A stretch of DNA of 22,277 nucleotides from a virus (Duplodnaviria > Heunggongvirae > Uroviricota > Caudoviricetes). Positions within the stretch are counted from its first letter, which is position 1. Every line of letters begins with the position of its first letter. The notes beneath the pieces were generated by a model. The model saw only the letters and a program-made list of their open reading frames with translations. It ran no database searches and was not told the DNA's origin. The DNA lies in IMG/VR virus record IMGVR_UViG_3300044970_001522, positions 1-22,277 of that record, one strand, 5' to 3'. Positions 21,828-22,277 of this stretch are shown in pieces. The translations under genes and the position numbers were made by a program.

Positions 21828-22181
21828 ATGCGTCTTACAAGACTCGCTTCATTCTTTCTCGCCGCCGGACTTCTCTCCGGAGCACCCGCTCAAGCAAGGC
21901 AGTGTGGTCAAGCCAGCTGGTACGGTCCAGGCCTCTACGGAAATAAAACTGCCAACGGGGAGACTTTCCGACCCGGAACCATGACCGCTGCTCACCCGTA
22001 CCTCCCCCTCGGGTCTTGGGTGCGAGTTGTCAATCGCGACAACGGGCTTATTGCCGACGTTCGCATTAACGACCGAGGACCCTATGTCGGTGGACGAATC
22101 ATCGACCTGGGGCACGGATCTGCTCAGCGTCTTCGAGTAACTGAGAGTGGACTCGCTAACGTTTGCATCACTCGCATTTAG
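21828..22181 (+). CDS. rlpA: RlpA-family (double-psi beta-barrel) lytic transglycosylase with signal peptide
   Basis: GQASWYG..TANGETF..MTAAHPYLPLGSWVRVVN..VRINDRGPYVGGRIIDL; signal MRLTRLASFFLAAGLLSGAPAQA; alternative starts 21792/21807. Confidence 0.92.
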   Translation: MRLTRLASFFLAAGLLSGAPAQARQCGQASWYGPGLYGNKTANGETFRPGTMTAAHPYLPLGSWVRVVNRDNGLIADVRINDRGPYVGGRIIDLGHGSAQRLRVTESGLANVCITRI

Positions 22182-22188
22182 CCCCTTC

Positions 22189-22216
22189 GGGTGATGACCC
22201 TGGTTGTCACCCTTTT
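22189..22216 (+). terminator. Rho-independent terminator
   Basis: GGGTGATGAC-CCTG-GTTGTCACCC stem-loop followed by TTTT, just after the rlpA stop. Confidence 0.75.
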
Positions 22217-22277
22217 CCTTAGTTGTCTTTCCCAATGATTTTCTACGATTCAGCCACCGCTCAACGATTTGGGACTC

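Noticed and set aside
414-22181. Genome-wide TAG reassignment (alternative genetic code)
   Set aside because: TAG ends genes at natural boundaries (414, 4732, 6554, 15273, 20830, 22181, the last followed directly by a terminator); only one mid-gene TAG was found.
1108-22235. All minus-strand ORFs in the track and nested alternative-frame plus-strand ORFs (e.g. 5062..5334, 10094..10390, 11901..12263, 13869..14123, 17987..18340, 20966..21229)
   Set aside because: They lie over better-supported + strand genes, tRNAs or promoters, have no recognisable motifs, and all promoter cassettes point in the + direction.

Overview
A 22 kb accessory region of a large lytic DNA phage, most likely infecting a (pico)cyanobacterium. 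The host call is an inference from a cyanobacterial-type short EF-Ts, a SwmB-repeat domain, GH104-type muramidase and RlpA genes, CCA-less tRNAs and the scarcity of Shine-Dalgarno sites. All credible genes are on the + strand and tightly packed. No capsid, replication or integrase genes and no CRISPR array are visible. Recognisable content: 3 tRNAs (Arg-UCG, Arg-CCU, Thr-CGU), a 2H phosphoesterase, a MazG-like protein, a SwmB-repeat/vanadium-haloperoxidase (PAP2) fusion, a FETNSSS-motif protein coupled to a radical SAM enzyme, EF-Ts, a pol-beta-type nucleotidyltransferase coupled to an HD-like protein, an ADP-ribosylglycohydrolase, a Pth2-like protein, a tentative ADP-ribosyltransferase-like protein and two signal-peptide-bearing lytic transglycosylases. 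The main non-coding structure is a dispersed 45-63 bp promoter cassette (CGGTTAACCG palindrome / GGGCGGTTTCCC box / -35 / 17 bp / -10) found 9 times plus decayed copies. Four copies carry a C-GDA-G triloop hairpin at the same place in the -35/-10 spacer. Three genes look interrupted (two 1-nt frameshifts, one in-frame TAG), which may be sequencing error, decay or recoding. All family assignments are from motif recognition by eye; no searches were run.
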